Assembly: GCF_006345805.1 (NCBI RefSeq)
Contig: NC_042999.1
Span: 56,048,001 to 56,112,000 of the forward strand
Direction: 5' to 3'
From: Octopus sinensis
Taxonomy: Eukaryota
DNA length: 64,000 nt
Shown piece after piece: positions 14,070 through 27,247 of the stretch. Position 1 is the first letter of the stretch. The number at the start of each line of letters is the position of its first letter. Both the position numbers and the translations under genes were made by a program. The notes beneath the pieces were generated by a model that did not search any database, was not told where the DNA came from, and worked only from the letters and a program-made list of their open reading frames with translations.

Positions 14070-14620
14070 ATATGATTATTAAGGTGGCAAAGTGGCAAGC
14101 TGGCAAATCTGTCCTGAGTCTAAATTCTACCAAGGTTGACTTTGCTATTATCTTGTCAGGGCAATAGAATAAGTACTAACCAAGTGCTGGGAAGATGATA
14201 TAATCAACTTTCCCTTATCATTATCATCATCGTTTAACATTTCCCCACCACTCAAAAACTATTATTATTATTATTATCACTATTATTATTAACGCGGTGA
14301 GCTGGCAGAATTGTTAGCATGCCACTACGTTTTGTCTTTCATCCTTTTGGGGTCGATAAATTAAGTACCAGTTGAGTACTGGGGTCGATGTAACTAATCA
14401 ACTATCCCTCTCCCCCAAATTTCAGGCCTTATGTCTGTAGTAGAAGTGATTATTATTAAGGTAGTGAGCTGGGAGAATCGTTAACACGGCAGGAAAAATG
14501 CTTAGCAGCATTTCATCCATCTTTACGCTCTGAGTTCAAATTCTGTCATGGCTGACTTTGCCTTTCATCCTTTTGTAGTCAATAAATTAAGTACCAATGA
14601 AACACTGGAGTTCCACTACT
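14070..14620 (+). mobile_element. Three tandem copies of a SINE (AAGGCGGTGAGCTGGCAGAA...GACTTTGCCTTTCATCC...GGTCGATAAATTAAGTACC family)
   Basis: Repeated units start at about 14070, 14290 and 14457, each after an ATT-rich spacer and sharing the central CTTTCATCC...AAGTAC block. Confidence 0.7.
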
Positions 14621-15989
14621 CTAAAAGGAAGAATAGAAGAGAGGGTGATGACAAGCTGAACTAAAGTGAGGTTAAATAGAAGCAATGATTTGATAGGAGG
14701 AACAAAGTTATTGGGATGAATGTATCAGAGAACAAGGATCTTTTCTGTTTGGCTGCCACTTTTCAATTTCTTCAATTTTTGTTCCAATTGATTTCATATT
14801 TAGTGTATTGGTGTATGGTAATCATTGATATGAAATTCCTTTTCATCATAAATCAACAAAAAGTTAATAACTTTAAAGTTTGCAAATTTTGAGTAATTTT
14901 AGCCAATCGAAAGCCACAGACATATAGGTACCTGGTACCATAGTAACAAGCCAAGTCGTTACCAAGCTGCTTACCCACATGGCCATTTTTTTGTTTTTTA
15001 AATACTTAAAACACATGAGGTGTGAAGTGGTCACAAGATGTGTCAAAAATAATAGGTAAATAGCCCTTAAATCACACTTTTTTTTTTTTTTACATAATTG
15101 TATGAATTTCCATGTGTAGAATACAAATTCGCAAAAATAAAAAAAGTTATGAGGGGTTATATGGCATGCATAAAGCAGAATCACCTCCCCCCAATATTTC
15201 ATTTGTTTACAGTTGATAACATGTGCTGTTACACACAAAATGATAGCTTCCAAATCCTGTTTTCTGACTGGGTAAAAATTATCGAGCTTTAAACCTCTGT
15301 AACTTTTTTTTAAAATTTTTCTGCAAAAAGTGAATTAGCCCTTAAGATTTAGCATGGAAAATTACATCAGTACATCAAATTCTAAAATTTTCACTATTCT
15401 TTAAAATTTCCACAGATGCAGCCAAACAGAAAAGATCCAAGAACAGTATAACAAAAGAGACAGCACTGAAGGGATTTAATAGAAACAATAACGGGGAGAT
15501 TAATGCAAGACAGTAAGGGGAGGGTAATGGAAGATAGAGATTAATGAGGAGAAAAGGTACTGATAGCAACAACCTCTTTGATGGATGGAAAGAGAATTAT
15601 TGATAAATAGCTATAGAGATGGGCAATTGCAAAATAAGAATGATGTCAATCATGAATATTCTGGGGAACAAGGAGTGGTGACCAGGAGAAGAGTAACAGT
15701 GGGAAGAAAGCATTCTAAGAGTATGTCAATATAAGGGGCTGACAATCATTGAAAATTCCATACAATTACATGAAGATATGGGTACCATGGAGATATATGT
15801 TGAGTTGTTTAGAAACTTTAAAATATGACAGAGCATTCATAAACTAAATTCATCCAGTAAAAAGAAGTTGGCAAATATTGATATTGCTGAAAAGTACAGT
15901 TGCATATTTGATGACATGATTAAAAAATATAGTTTTGTTGCTTTAAGGCTGAGTTCTAATACACCAGTATATTTGATAATCTGGAACTA

Positions 15990-16571
15990 CAAGGGCTGGC
16001 TGAAAAGTTCATAGGCTGATTACAAAGGAGTGATGCTAAAGCTATGAGATCTTGCATGCATTAATTCAACTCTATTAATAACTGCACTGTTTCTTTCTCG
16101 CAAAACTGACATCCAACTGCTCAAAGAACACTTCAATGGTTACTAGTAGCAACTTTTCTTGAAAATTGACAAAATTTGGCATAGTGTTATCAAGTACCTG
16201 CAGAAAAAGGTTTAGTCCCTAACAACATTCACACTGATATGGCTGCTACATTAGGGGTGACACTCCAGCTTTATCAACAGTGTAAAAGTGGGCAGCTGAA
16301 TTTAGGAGGGAAAGGGAGAGTTTTGAACTATCACCTCCAAAGAAAACACTGATCATGTTTGCTATACTTGGCTGGGAACCAGTATCATAGTGAAGATGAC
16401 ATCATATCTACTCAAGACTTTTTTTGACCAACAGAATGACAGCTTCTGCACCAATAAGATCCAAGCACTGCAACACCAATGGAAGAAGTAATGTGTTGAA
16501 AACTAAATGACGTTTGGTCACATTCCATGAGAATGCCTTAGTCAGCCTATGAACTTTTCCTCCAGCCCTCG
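15990..16571 (+). mobile_element. Internally deleted mariner (Tc1/mariner) transposon
   Basis: TA at 15988-15989 and 16572-16573; TIRs CAAGGGCTGGCTGAAAAGTTCATAGGCTGA / TCAGCCTATGAACTTTTCCTCCAGCCCTCG; transposase remnants VIKYLQKKG..., KWAAEFRR and FFDQQNDSFCTNKIQALQHQWKK. Confidence 0.85.
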
Positions 16572-19500
16572 TAATGCTAGTCAATAGAAAAAGTGCTACA
16601 GGTGAATCTGGTTTTCTTTTTATAATAGAATAATTTAGTTAATCCATTGTTTGGGTCAATTTATTTCTAGAATAATAACTAATTCCTTCACATTAATAAC
16701 GAGAAATTTACTACTCCTATCAAAATAGCTTATGGTGAATGATTATCACAATACATGCCTCATACTTTATCACCATTTAGTAAAAATTTAATACATTTTG
16801 AAAGTTTCTGCATATTCTTGGGGAAATGCCCTATTTCATGCAAACCACTGAAAAGTTAAGCATGGGACCAGTTTTATTTGTCGGTGAAAGTAGGAAAAAG
16901 GAAATTAGGACCAGATGGAGGGAAAGGAGTTTAACTCTGACAACTTCAACAATATCTTTAAGTACAGGTTGCTATTTCTTCAACTGAAATTCCATAATTC
17001 ATAAACCTCTGAAATCCTCCAAAATCTGAAAGTTATTTTCCAAATGAGAAAGGTGTGAAAAATAGAAAATTCAGTTGTTGTAATCCATGTGTCTAGTTAA
17101 GAAATTAGGGTTGCAGACATAATAGACATATTAAAAAGAATTCCTGAAGTATGAAACATTCAGTAGAACTTAGATTAATCTGCAGACTAAGTGAAAAGTT
17201 AACTGTAATTTAGATTAATCATAATTGATATTACTTTAAAATAATAGATATTTAACCAATATTTACTTTAAAAGAGGAAGGGGTATCATATGTATTATAA
17301 CAAAGAACATTTTTAAAAATAGTAAAAATAGATGGACACTAGACAGACTGTATACTTCAAGTCACCAAGCTCACCTACTATATAAAATTATACTTTATAT
17401 TAATGAAATGACTGACAGAATAAACAAATAAAAAATAAAATAAAATAAATTTCAGTTAAATATGCTAAATCCCTCCTTAACTTATAAGGAGATAAATCAA
17501 AATATATAAATCTATACAGTATAAAATTAAATCAAAAAAATATCAATCAAAAATATTTAATCACAAATTTTAAAACGATGTGTAGTGAGAGAGTGTGCAT
17601 GTGCATGTATTTTGTGAAAAACATGACAATGTCTTTTCTTATCTAATCTATACTAACAGAAAACAAACATACAAGACTAAGCACCAGGGTGGATTGAAGA
17701 TATAATGAACTCTGAAACAACTAATTACACTAATCTATAAGCTTTTACTGCAATGACTACTCATTTAATCAATCAAAAATACAAAGCTGGACAGCAAACA
17801 TTCTCACTGCTATGTTGTTACTTTCATAGTCAAATGCTATATTAAAGAATGTGCAGCATAGCACATTAGCATGGTGTTTGTCCATTGATAGTTTTGTAAG
17901 TTTCTGGCATATCAAGGTAACTCAAGTGTTTGGTATGTTAACAATCATTTGTCATACACATTATACATGTGTAACAAGGTACTTAGAAAGAGTAGTGTCA
18001 GAATGGAGAGACAAACATCAAAATTATGATGACAGTAAAGATAATGAGATACATCTGAACTATATAATTATCAAATGTAATTACTTTTTGTCACTTCATG
18101 TGCATATATTTGGTTAAAAGCACAAATGAAAAGCTTGCTGACAAGTTTAAAATTTGTCTGAAAACTTCCCATGTCCAAAAGGAGAGGTGAGGTGTTAGTT
18201 TTCCTAAACAGAGTAGTTGACAATGACCTCAGTTATACTTATAGCCAAAAACAGTGTAAAACAGGGCTGTTACAAGTAGACTATATAAATGGAAGAAAAT
18301 GTGCAGAAACTGTTATATCCATAAATGTAAAGATAACCAGACTATTAAATCCACACTATAGATGATTTTATTTACTACAATTAAATACTTCATACCCTGT
18401 GTGGGCTTGAAACAAACAGCACAATGGTGTAGATATAAATGCCTCAAGGACACGTGCATACACTCACACACACATACCAATATCATGACCACGTCTAATG
18501 TTGGCATTAGTCTTGGTCTCTCATTCAGATAATGAGTGATCTCTGTGAAGTTCAGCTTTTAAGACCAAGGTTTCTTATTTTTTCCTACTTTTTCCTGACG
18601 GATTACATTTTTGAAACTTTTACACAAAGCAGTACTGTTTATTGACAGTATATTAATATGCTGTCTTTTCTGTACAGTTTTGTCACTGTCAAATCAGAAC
18701 CTAGTTTTTAGACATCCAATAGGCTACACTCATATATTTTCTCTTCAGTTATGCAGATGCTTCACACCACATATCTACATACATAATTGTTTATATATAC
18801 ATATCTGTTAGGTATAAAATCCAAAAGAACAAAGTGACACTTGCTATGAAAAGGGAGGGGAGTAGATAATTATAACTCAAATAACAACTTGGCATTCTTG
18901 AGTGGTCACCTACAAAAGCAACTGACCAACTCTGAAGATGAAGTAGGATCCATGCTGACAGTGCAATAGAACTATAAGAACCAAGAGGCAGGTAAGGGAA
19001 CAGTGAAAGAAAGGTGAAGCAAGAAACAGTATAATAAGTTTGTCAGAAAGTTTGATGCCAAGAGGTAATCTTCTTGCCTTGTGAAAACATCAAGATTTTT
19101 GAATTGTGACCATATACCACTGAGAAGAAGTATATCCAAAACACTGTGCCACTTATTCTCAGTGACATTAGGTGGGGGATGCATAGACTGTCTTCTGTAA
19201 GAAGTTAAGTAAGATAGTGAAATAGTAAATAAACCAGCTAACAATATTAGCTTCAGTAGAATTAGAAAAGCTGTGAAAAAAAATGAACACAGCATACCAT
19301 CAAGATAGTTGAAAGTACTTTTATCAGGTAGTACACTGAAATGTCATCTCTATTGATTGGCATAACAATAACATCAACTGTTATAGGGAAATAGAGATTC
19401 ATTATAAAGGGAAAGTTTAAAGATCTAAAATTCTTTGGGGAAATCTCAAAAGTAGCAGAGGTGAAATTTGATTATCAGACGTAAACTACTGACTATAATT

Positions 19501-20585
19501 CTTGAGACTATAAAAATAGTTCCAAACTCCCTGGATTCACTTATATGCTGATGGGCTAGTTTTCACAGTGAAATCTGTTAAGGACTTGAAGAAAATGTTC
19601 TAAATCTAAGGATCTGACTGAGTCAATTGATTTATGTTAAAATAATAAATAGTAAAGTTCTAGTAAAAGAAAGCATGAGTCTGAGCTTTGCTGAATATGT
19701 AGGAAGGTAGTAGGTTGGAACTTGATATTATATACTCAATGCAAATAATGAGTACATAAAAATTACTGTACAATCTCTGATAAGAGTGACAGAACTCATG
19801 AAATAGTTGCATGAGATTAATCAAATAAGCTTCAATGAAATGTCTATGTACAACTCACAAGGTAGTTGATAGTTTTTGTTTCCTTAATAGTGCTGAAGTT
19901 GGCTGAAGCAAAGTCTGGCAGCCAAGGTTAGAAAAAAAAAAGGAGAAAACAGTTCAAGGAATAATTGCATCTGATGACAACGTAGCTTTCTATCTTCATG
20001 CGAAAAGCTGATACTAGGAAGCATGAGTAAGTTGTGTAGTTCTGAAAAATTTAGTGTAAATTAAGTCAAGCACAATTCAATGGATGTGTAACAATAACAT
20101 GCATTAGAAAGAAAAGAAAAGAGAGCCTTTAGAGACACTGGAGAAAAACAATGTCAAATTTGACATGAGACAACATGTTGGTAAGAATACAAGAACAGCT
20201 GAGTGAAAGTGTGCTGTTAACAGAGAAAACAAAATAGAGAAAAATGTAATGAGTGTAAAAGGTGAGAAATCAACAGACTTCCTAAAAGACAGACAAGAGG
20301 CAGTTAATACTGGATAGACTGTACAGCAGATCTATCCAGCCCATGCAAAAATACAATGGCTGTTTATTAAGTTAAAAATAGTTGGGAATAAAAATGTATA
20401 TAGACACAAGTTTATCAATACTTACATATATAAAAAATATCTAAGCATACACACACACACACACACACACACGTAATCATCATCCCACATGTACAAATAC
20501 ACACATGATCATTATCATAAGTGTGAATATATATGTACACACATACATACACATATATAAATGTGCAAATGTGTGTACAGCCACA

Positions 20586-20730
20586 TGCATGGCTGAGTAG
20601 TTAAGAAGTCACTTTGCAACCATGTGATTTTGTGCTCAGTCCCAATGCCTGATACTTTTGCAAGTGTCTCCTACTATAGGTTCAATCCAACCAAAACGCT
20701 GTGAATAGATCTGGTAGACAGAAACTATAC
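20586..20730 (+). mobile_element. Degenerate tRNA-derived SINE
   Basis: GCATGGCTGAGTAGTTAAGAAG head and the ...GCAAGTGTCT...GTGAATAGATCTGGTAGACAGAAACT tail shared with 30941-31101. Confidence 0.6.
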
Positions 20731-21069
20731 ATACATTGTATATGTATCATTCCTTCATTTGTTCATTTAATGTTCATTTTTCAATGCTGATATGACTGAG
20801 ACAGATAACAGTTTCAAGCAGAATTTTACAGCAAGAAACGCTTCACAATATTTAGCTCTCACCTGGTTTTGCAAGTAAGAAATTTGTATATTCTACAAGT
20901 CTTTGAAAGCATAAAGCAACTAGTTGTAATATCAACAAGGAATGTTGACATTATGACTAGTTGCACAGCTACACTTGCATTGTAGCAAGTGAAATATCAA
21001 AAGCCATGTACATTTGCACATATACATTCAAAACATACACACATACATACATACACACAAAATAAGCTT

Positions 21070-21210
21070 AGTACAGTTTCTATCAAATGAATTCACTCAC
21101 ACAGTAACCATTGGTCCAAGCCATTAGAAGACACTACCCAAGGTGCAGGGTAATGAGACTGAACCTAAAGCATGTGGTAAAAAAGCCAACTTCCTAATCA
21201 CAGACATGCT
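21070..21210 (-). mobile_element. Degenerate tRNA-derived SINE, inverted relative to 20586-20730
   Basis: Reverse complement shows the same head and GAAACT tail. Confidence 0.55.
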
Positions 21211-21549
21211 GGAGTGTATGTGTTCTTGCCGTGAAATCGCATGCTGATTGTAAACAAATGTCACCATCATATAAGCAATGATGTCCATTTGCAATCTCCT
21301 GTGAAAACATGTCTTATCATCCTGCTGTGAATTCCTGAAGGACTAGGGAAAATATTACCTTACTTGAAAACAAGTGAGGGGTAGTGACAGAAAGAGCATT
21401 TGGCCATCAAAAATCTGCTTCTACAAATTTTTTGTCTGGTTCAGTGAACCTTAATGACATGGAAAAGTAGACCTTAATATGACAGCAATTTTGTACGTAT
21501 ATGCATATATGTGCATCAAGTGCATGTACACACATATATAATAAAATAA

Positions 21550-22100
21550 ACCAGATGACAGTTTTCTAAAATACAACATTTTCAGAGTTAAATAAAGACG
21601 ATGAACTAAATAGCTACAAAGGATGAAGATATCAACTGAAGAGGATGACATGGTTATAGAATAGTATAGTAGACAGAACCATAAAACCTGATTCAATGCT
21701 GAAAGCATGGGAAAAAATGTAGCAAAAAATATCAGGTAACTAAGAGAGAAGCTAGATGTCAGATATATCAGGCTAGATATCAAAAAATGTAAGAGAGAAA
21801 GAGAGGGACAGTAAATAGATCTATAAAAGAGGTTGGCAATATAGTTGCGAAAGCCATAAAGGATATGAAGGCAGGGAAAAAAACACCATCAACATATAAC
21901 AGCCAAGATACTGAAAATAATCTTGAAGAGTACAACATGTGCTAGAGACTTATTCAATCAGGTACAACAGGAAGGTGCTATATGCAATGACTAGCATAGC
22001 AGCTTTAAGTACTGTATAATCCAAAGAAATACTAGAGGCATTAAATTAACAAACCAAGTTATGGAAATGACACAAAGTGACACCGGCACAAGTGTATTTT
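21550..22100 (+). mobile_element. Highly degenerate RTE LINE remnant (RT N-terminal region)
   Basis: Fragments AIKDMKAGK and RGIKLTNQVMEMT resemble RTE YRGIKLLxxxMKxxER. Confidence 0.45.
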
Positions 22101-22179
22101 TCATGGAACCAGCAGAAATGCATTTTTATGTGGCACTGGCACATAAAATAAAGGATATGCCTGTGTGTACTGATGACTA

Positions 22180-23900
22180 GAATTTTACTTAGCTTGACAT
22201 GTCTTCTCAAGTACAGCAAGTCACCACAAGTCCTGGTTCCTTATCTCCTCAGCTAGACCCAATGTTTAAAGATCCTTTCTCACCACTTAGTTCCATGTCT
22301 TCCTGGGTCTACTGCTTCCACAGGTTTCCCCCACAATTAGAGATACATACAAACATACACAGACAGGTAGATAGATGTGTATGTGTAATAGCCCTCTATT
22401 TCATTTTTTATTTAGTTCTTACTCTAACAATTATTATTTGTAACATCAACCTACACTAATTCGAGGAAGCCTTGCAAGAATTTGAAGGAATTTATTTCAT
22501 GTGTACTTTTACTGCTAGCTACTCCCTGTCAGCCTGGAATTTACATTGGGTATAGTGTATCATAATCCTATATATTTTTCCTGCATTACCAAGCATGGAC
22601 ACTGTCTACATGGAAGTGGACTCCTACCTTCTTCCCTGCTAAGATTTTAGTCTTTGATAGGTATATATACTTTGAGGCCTCTTGATTCTAGGTTTTGCTT
22701 CCAAGTTTGGAATTACTTTATTGAGTATGAGATTCAACAATCAGACAATTTCTGCAGGCAGCCTATCTCAACTAAATTTCTGTGTTATGGCCTAAAACAC
22801 TACAACAAACATTAGAAGTTAAGAGCTGAGTTCTGGTGGGCATTAACCTGTGCACTACAATTCTCACAGAACTTTGTGCCAACTCTCACCTTGTTGACTG
22901 CACCCTTGTACATGCTATGCACAATCCTTGCAAGCCATTCATATATTTCTAAGTGTTTTCTGAGCATGCACTAGATTATGAAGTATGGAACCTTGTCAGA
23001 TGCCTTTTCCAGGTCAATGAATATTAGGCAGAATAGTTTACTCTTAGCTAAGTACTAATTCACTTGTCCATCTATAAAGAAGGTATCAATGGTTCCCTCT
23101 TCCAGACAGAAAGTCAAACTGCATCTATAATAATTCCCTTCTTTATCAGTTCTTTTTGTAACTTTTATCGCTTCATCTATTAATTTCATGCACAATGTAT
23201 TTTTCTCATAACAGCTGAGGATAACTGCAACAATAGTCATTGGGTATGGCATCACACAGTTATCAAATTTAACAGTCAGTCCCTCTTTTTGATCTACTTG
23301 CAGTAGGCTCTCTTTCTCATGCATTTTCCATATTCAGCAACTTCTCAGAGTAGTATTTGCATACTGCTTTCTTTTCAGTACTAGTGAAGAAAGACAAGTA
23401 TGCTATCAGTTGATACACAGTTTTCCCAAGTAATTTCTTGATTCTTTCTAATACATTACTTTGCAATCTGGAGCACAATACTTTGGTGCCGAACATATGC
23501 AAACCTCTTATTCTTGGTTTCTTTTCTGGCTAAGTACATCTAATGACTAGATTCTCTTTTAGTAATTTGATACTGTTCTTGAACACCCCACCACCTTCTT
23601 CAGCCATTTAAAACCTGCTTTTATGGTTGTATCAACAATATTTATTTCCCCACCAAGTCACTTTGTTTGGCTGGAATCCTGCACCAATCACAGATCTCAT
23701 CTATTGCTTGAAGTATGTTGTCTTAAAGTAACTCTCAAGTATCTTACCTATCTCTTCCTCTTTTCTGTTATATATACCTAATAAAACTTCTCTGAACCTA
23801 CACCAAGTCAAGAGTATTTCCATTTCCAAATTTTCCTTTGCCAGATTGACACACAAGAAATTCCTTCAACTACTCAGAAGTCTCACTAAGAATAGTAGAT
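22180..23900 (-). pseudogene. Degenerate RTE LINE ORF2 (RT to C-terminus)
   Basis: Minus-strand fragments MKLIDEAIKVTKR, EKASDKVP and C-terminal GSSRPRKTWN*VVRKDL*TLGLAEE...DLW, the latter matching the RTE end at 33701. Confidence 0.6.
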
Positions 23901-24039
23901 AGTTTCTGTTAAGTAACCTAATCAACAGTGAAAGTGGTCATGGCAAAAACATAGTAGCCAGCATAAAGACAGAGTGAAAATCAAGTTCAGAAAGTTGTCC
24001 CTTCTGCTGTCCAAGAAAATTGGTCTCTTCCATTAAATA

Positions 24040-24420
24040 AAGAATAAAGTGTATAACACCTGTGTATCAAGGGCAATACTGCACAGTTGCAAAATATGAA
24101 TATTGAAGGAGGAGGATGTTCAAAACCTGGGAAAAAAAATGAGGTGAACATGTTCTCTGATGTCAGATCATCTGTACTCCATATATATTAAGAGAAAAAC
24201 TGGCCGGTAGTTTGCAACAGAGAAAACTGCTTTGTTATAGATATGGTGTGTGGATGAAGGATGGCAATCGGGTGAAAAAAAAGAGTCAAGCTGTCCAAGA
24301 GGAAGGCATCTACAAGAAAGGAAGTCCAAAGACAGTGGAACAAGCAGTGCATTCTGCTCTCAAGCTGTTCAATCTTGTGGAAGAAATTTTCAAGGATTAT
24401 AAGAAGTGACAGGCCACTAT
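24040..24420 (+). mobile_element. Degenerate RTE LINE 3' fragment
   Basis: QRKLLCYRYGVWMKDGNRVKK...EGIYKKGSPKT...DYKKW parallels the RTE motif RRLRWYGHVxRM...GRGRPRKTW. Confidence 0.5.
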
Positions 24421-26196
24421 ACTAGAATGAAACTATAAAACAGATGGTAGCATGGAAAAATGAGCAGATGATAATCGTGATGTGTGCATGCATATATATA
24501 TATGTGCCTATATACGTAAATGTGTGTGTATAAATTTCTATTTTCTCAGTATGAAATTTTGTGTTTTGCAAATGTTCGAGTGATACCTGTGTATAGAAAT
24601 GCAATTGTGAGCAAACCAAATGTGTCTTTATACACAGACATGTCTGTTATATACATCTATGCATGCATATACATGCTTGTCTGTACACTCAGAACCATGT
24701 GCTATGCCTCATTTTTCTACACCCTTTGACAGTGAAATTTCCATTGATAAATTGTTGATTGGAATGAAGTTCATTGAAAACATAAATGAAACCAAAAGTA
24801 CAACAATCAAAATGCATAGTTTCTTATTTCATAATTCCAGTTAACAATGAATTCACTAAAGAATAAAGATTTTGATAACAAAAATAAGTAATATTAGATA
24901 TAAAACTATACATATGAAAATCAAATGCCTATGGTAAATAAAACTGTATTATACTTCAGATTATCATCTCTCTATATACCCAACAAAAAGAAATGAAACA
25001 AAAACAAACCATAACTTCGATGTATACATATAAACACACACACAAACACACAGCCACCAGGCATCCTAAAATGATAACATTAGTAACATATTTTATATAA
25101 TTATAGCCAACAGCCAATGGTATGATTTCCTTCACATTATTCTTGTGGTTCAACATGTAACCTCTGAAACAAGTTTATATCCAAGATAAAGAGTATAAGT
25201 ACAATGCTATTGATAAAACTACTGTGTAACTAAATATAAAGAGGAAATTTCATTGATAAAATATAATAAAGTACATTTTCAGCACAACTAAAAAGTATAA
25301 GTATTGACCTCCTGTATACATTAGAAAAAATGCGAAGAACTTTAACATTAATCATTTTAACACTTATAGATTACCGCAAATAGCAAAAAACCACAAATTT
25401 AACCTGGTTTTACATTAATCACCAAAATAAAAGATACAAGAGTGGAGAGATGCCATAAGACTTATCTAAAATAAATGCCGTTTCACATTATCAAAACAAA
25501 AAGATTCTTACCACAACAAAATTGGATTCTCCCACATTGAAAACTAGATTACTTACATACTGAAATTGAGCTTATCCAAAATAATTATTTACACACACAC
25601 ACACACACACACACTGTGAGTCGACAAACAACAGAAAATAGCACTCAACACATTTGGTAGGAGTGAGATATATTTTTTAATAATAGTTTGTCTCAGCTCC
25701 ATGTGGCCATATAGGACAAACCCTTATCATCAGACAACAGAAGATAAATTCTTCTCCCAATTTCACGTGTATGTGTGTGTGTGTGCATGTGTGTGTTCAC
25801 AAATTTATATTACTTTTCACTATTTTCGTCCATATTGCATATATTACTAGCAATGTTAAAAAGTAAAAGATCTTTCTCAAGATATAACATACATCTTGTA
25901 CAAATGACCATATAACTGCCACACCTTGCATACAACAGTTAAGATTTAATACAAGCCCTAACTAAAATATGACAATCAAAATTATTCTAAACTAAAACTC
26001 TTCCTAAATAATATGCAATATTTAGTGTTTTCCTTTTGTTAATTAAATCCTTATAAACATATTTTAACAAAGAAATAATAGTTATGTAAAAACAGGTATA
26101 ATTTGAAAAAATATTTAAAATCTACTGATATCAATTATTCAAAACAATCTTTATAAAAATTTCTTAACATGACCCAAATCTTACAATAATCATTAA

Positions 26197-26417
26197 ACCT
26201 TTAGCATTCAAACCAGCCATATCCGGCCCAAATATTCTACTTGTTTTATGCTCAAATAGGCCAGATCCAACTTTTCATACCTATCCCACAATGTGATACT
26301 GAAAAATAAGCAATCACATTATTGAAATCTTGAAGCTATGAGACAGTGCATGGTTGATTTAAAACAATGTGAATAAATAAGCATTAGATTTGACAAAGAA
26401 ATCTGAATGCTAAAGGG
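26197..26417 (+). mobile_element. piggyBac-type MITE, family 2 (221 bp)
   Basis: TTAA flanks; TIRs ACCTTTAGCATTCA / TGAATGCTAAAGGG. Confidence 0.8.
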
Positions 26418-27247
26418 TTAAACTGTATCATGAAGTAACTCTTCTTGCTTCAGTCTACCTATATGATAGACTGTTTCATTTAAAATTTGTAGCTAACATG
26501 ACAGTAATACTTGTCTGAAATATGGAGGGCTCTAAGTTGGAAAATTGGATGTGAAAGACTGGGCTTCTACAGTTGCTCAGAAAATTACATCAGTTAAATT
26601 TTCATCAGCAAATTCAGGTCTTTGTATATTTAGCATACTGTAGCTTTTGGTGACTCATAAAGATTTGATTAGCTGCTCAATGCTACAGAGTTAATAGAAT
26701 AAGTAAGTTTATAGGACCAACTCAACATAACAATAACTAGATGTTAAAAAAGAAATTTGAACTTAAATCTATTAACCTTATTTTTCTTTCCAAAGATTAA
26801 TTCATTTTTAACAGGCTGTAATATACTACTTTTCTTTTGAATTGTTTAACAAACAAGCACTACACTAAATGCTGTCTAATTCCCAAATGTCCCAGAGAAA
26901 AGATCTGCTTTGTAAGAATAAAGAGTTACACGAGATAACAAAAGCATCCACATAATCCACAACAATAAAAACATCTATGTACATACATAACTAAAGCAGT
27001 GATTGGCAGATAAGATTTACAAAAAGCACAACTATGTTTGATATAAAAGTTAGTGTTAAGACACACACACACACACATACAACAAAAAGCAATACACAAC
27101 ATTTAATCAATGTTAAATCCAAGCATGCTTCTTCAAATATTTAGCAAACTTAACACAGCTTACAAGCATACTGTGCTATGATACAACACATCTACAGTTT
27201 TAGAGTACAATCTTTAATTATGAACTTTGATTATAAAACTTTCCTAC

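Noticed and set aside
18478-18555. Exon-like 78-nt open segment with a gtatgt donor
   Set aside because: Purine-rich, poor acceptor; donor derives from a GT repeat.
22199-22459. Plus-strand Ser/Pro-rich ORF (MSSQVQQVTTSPGSLSPQ...) that looks protein-like
   Set aside because: It is the antisense of an RTE ORF2 C-terminus.
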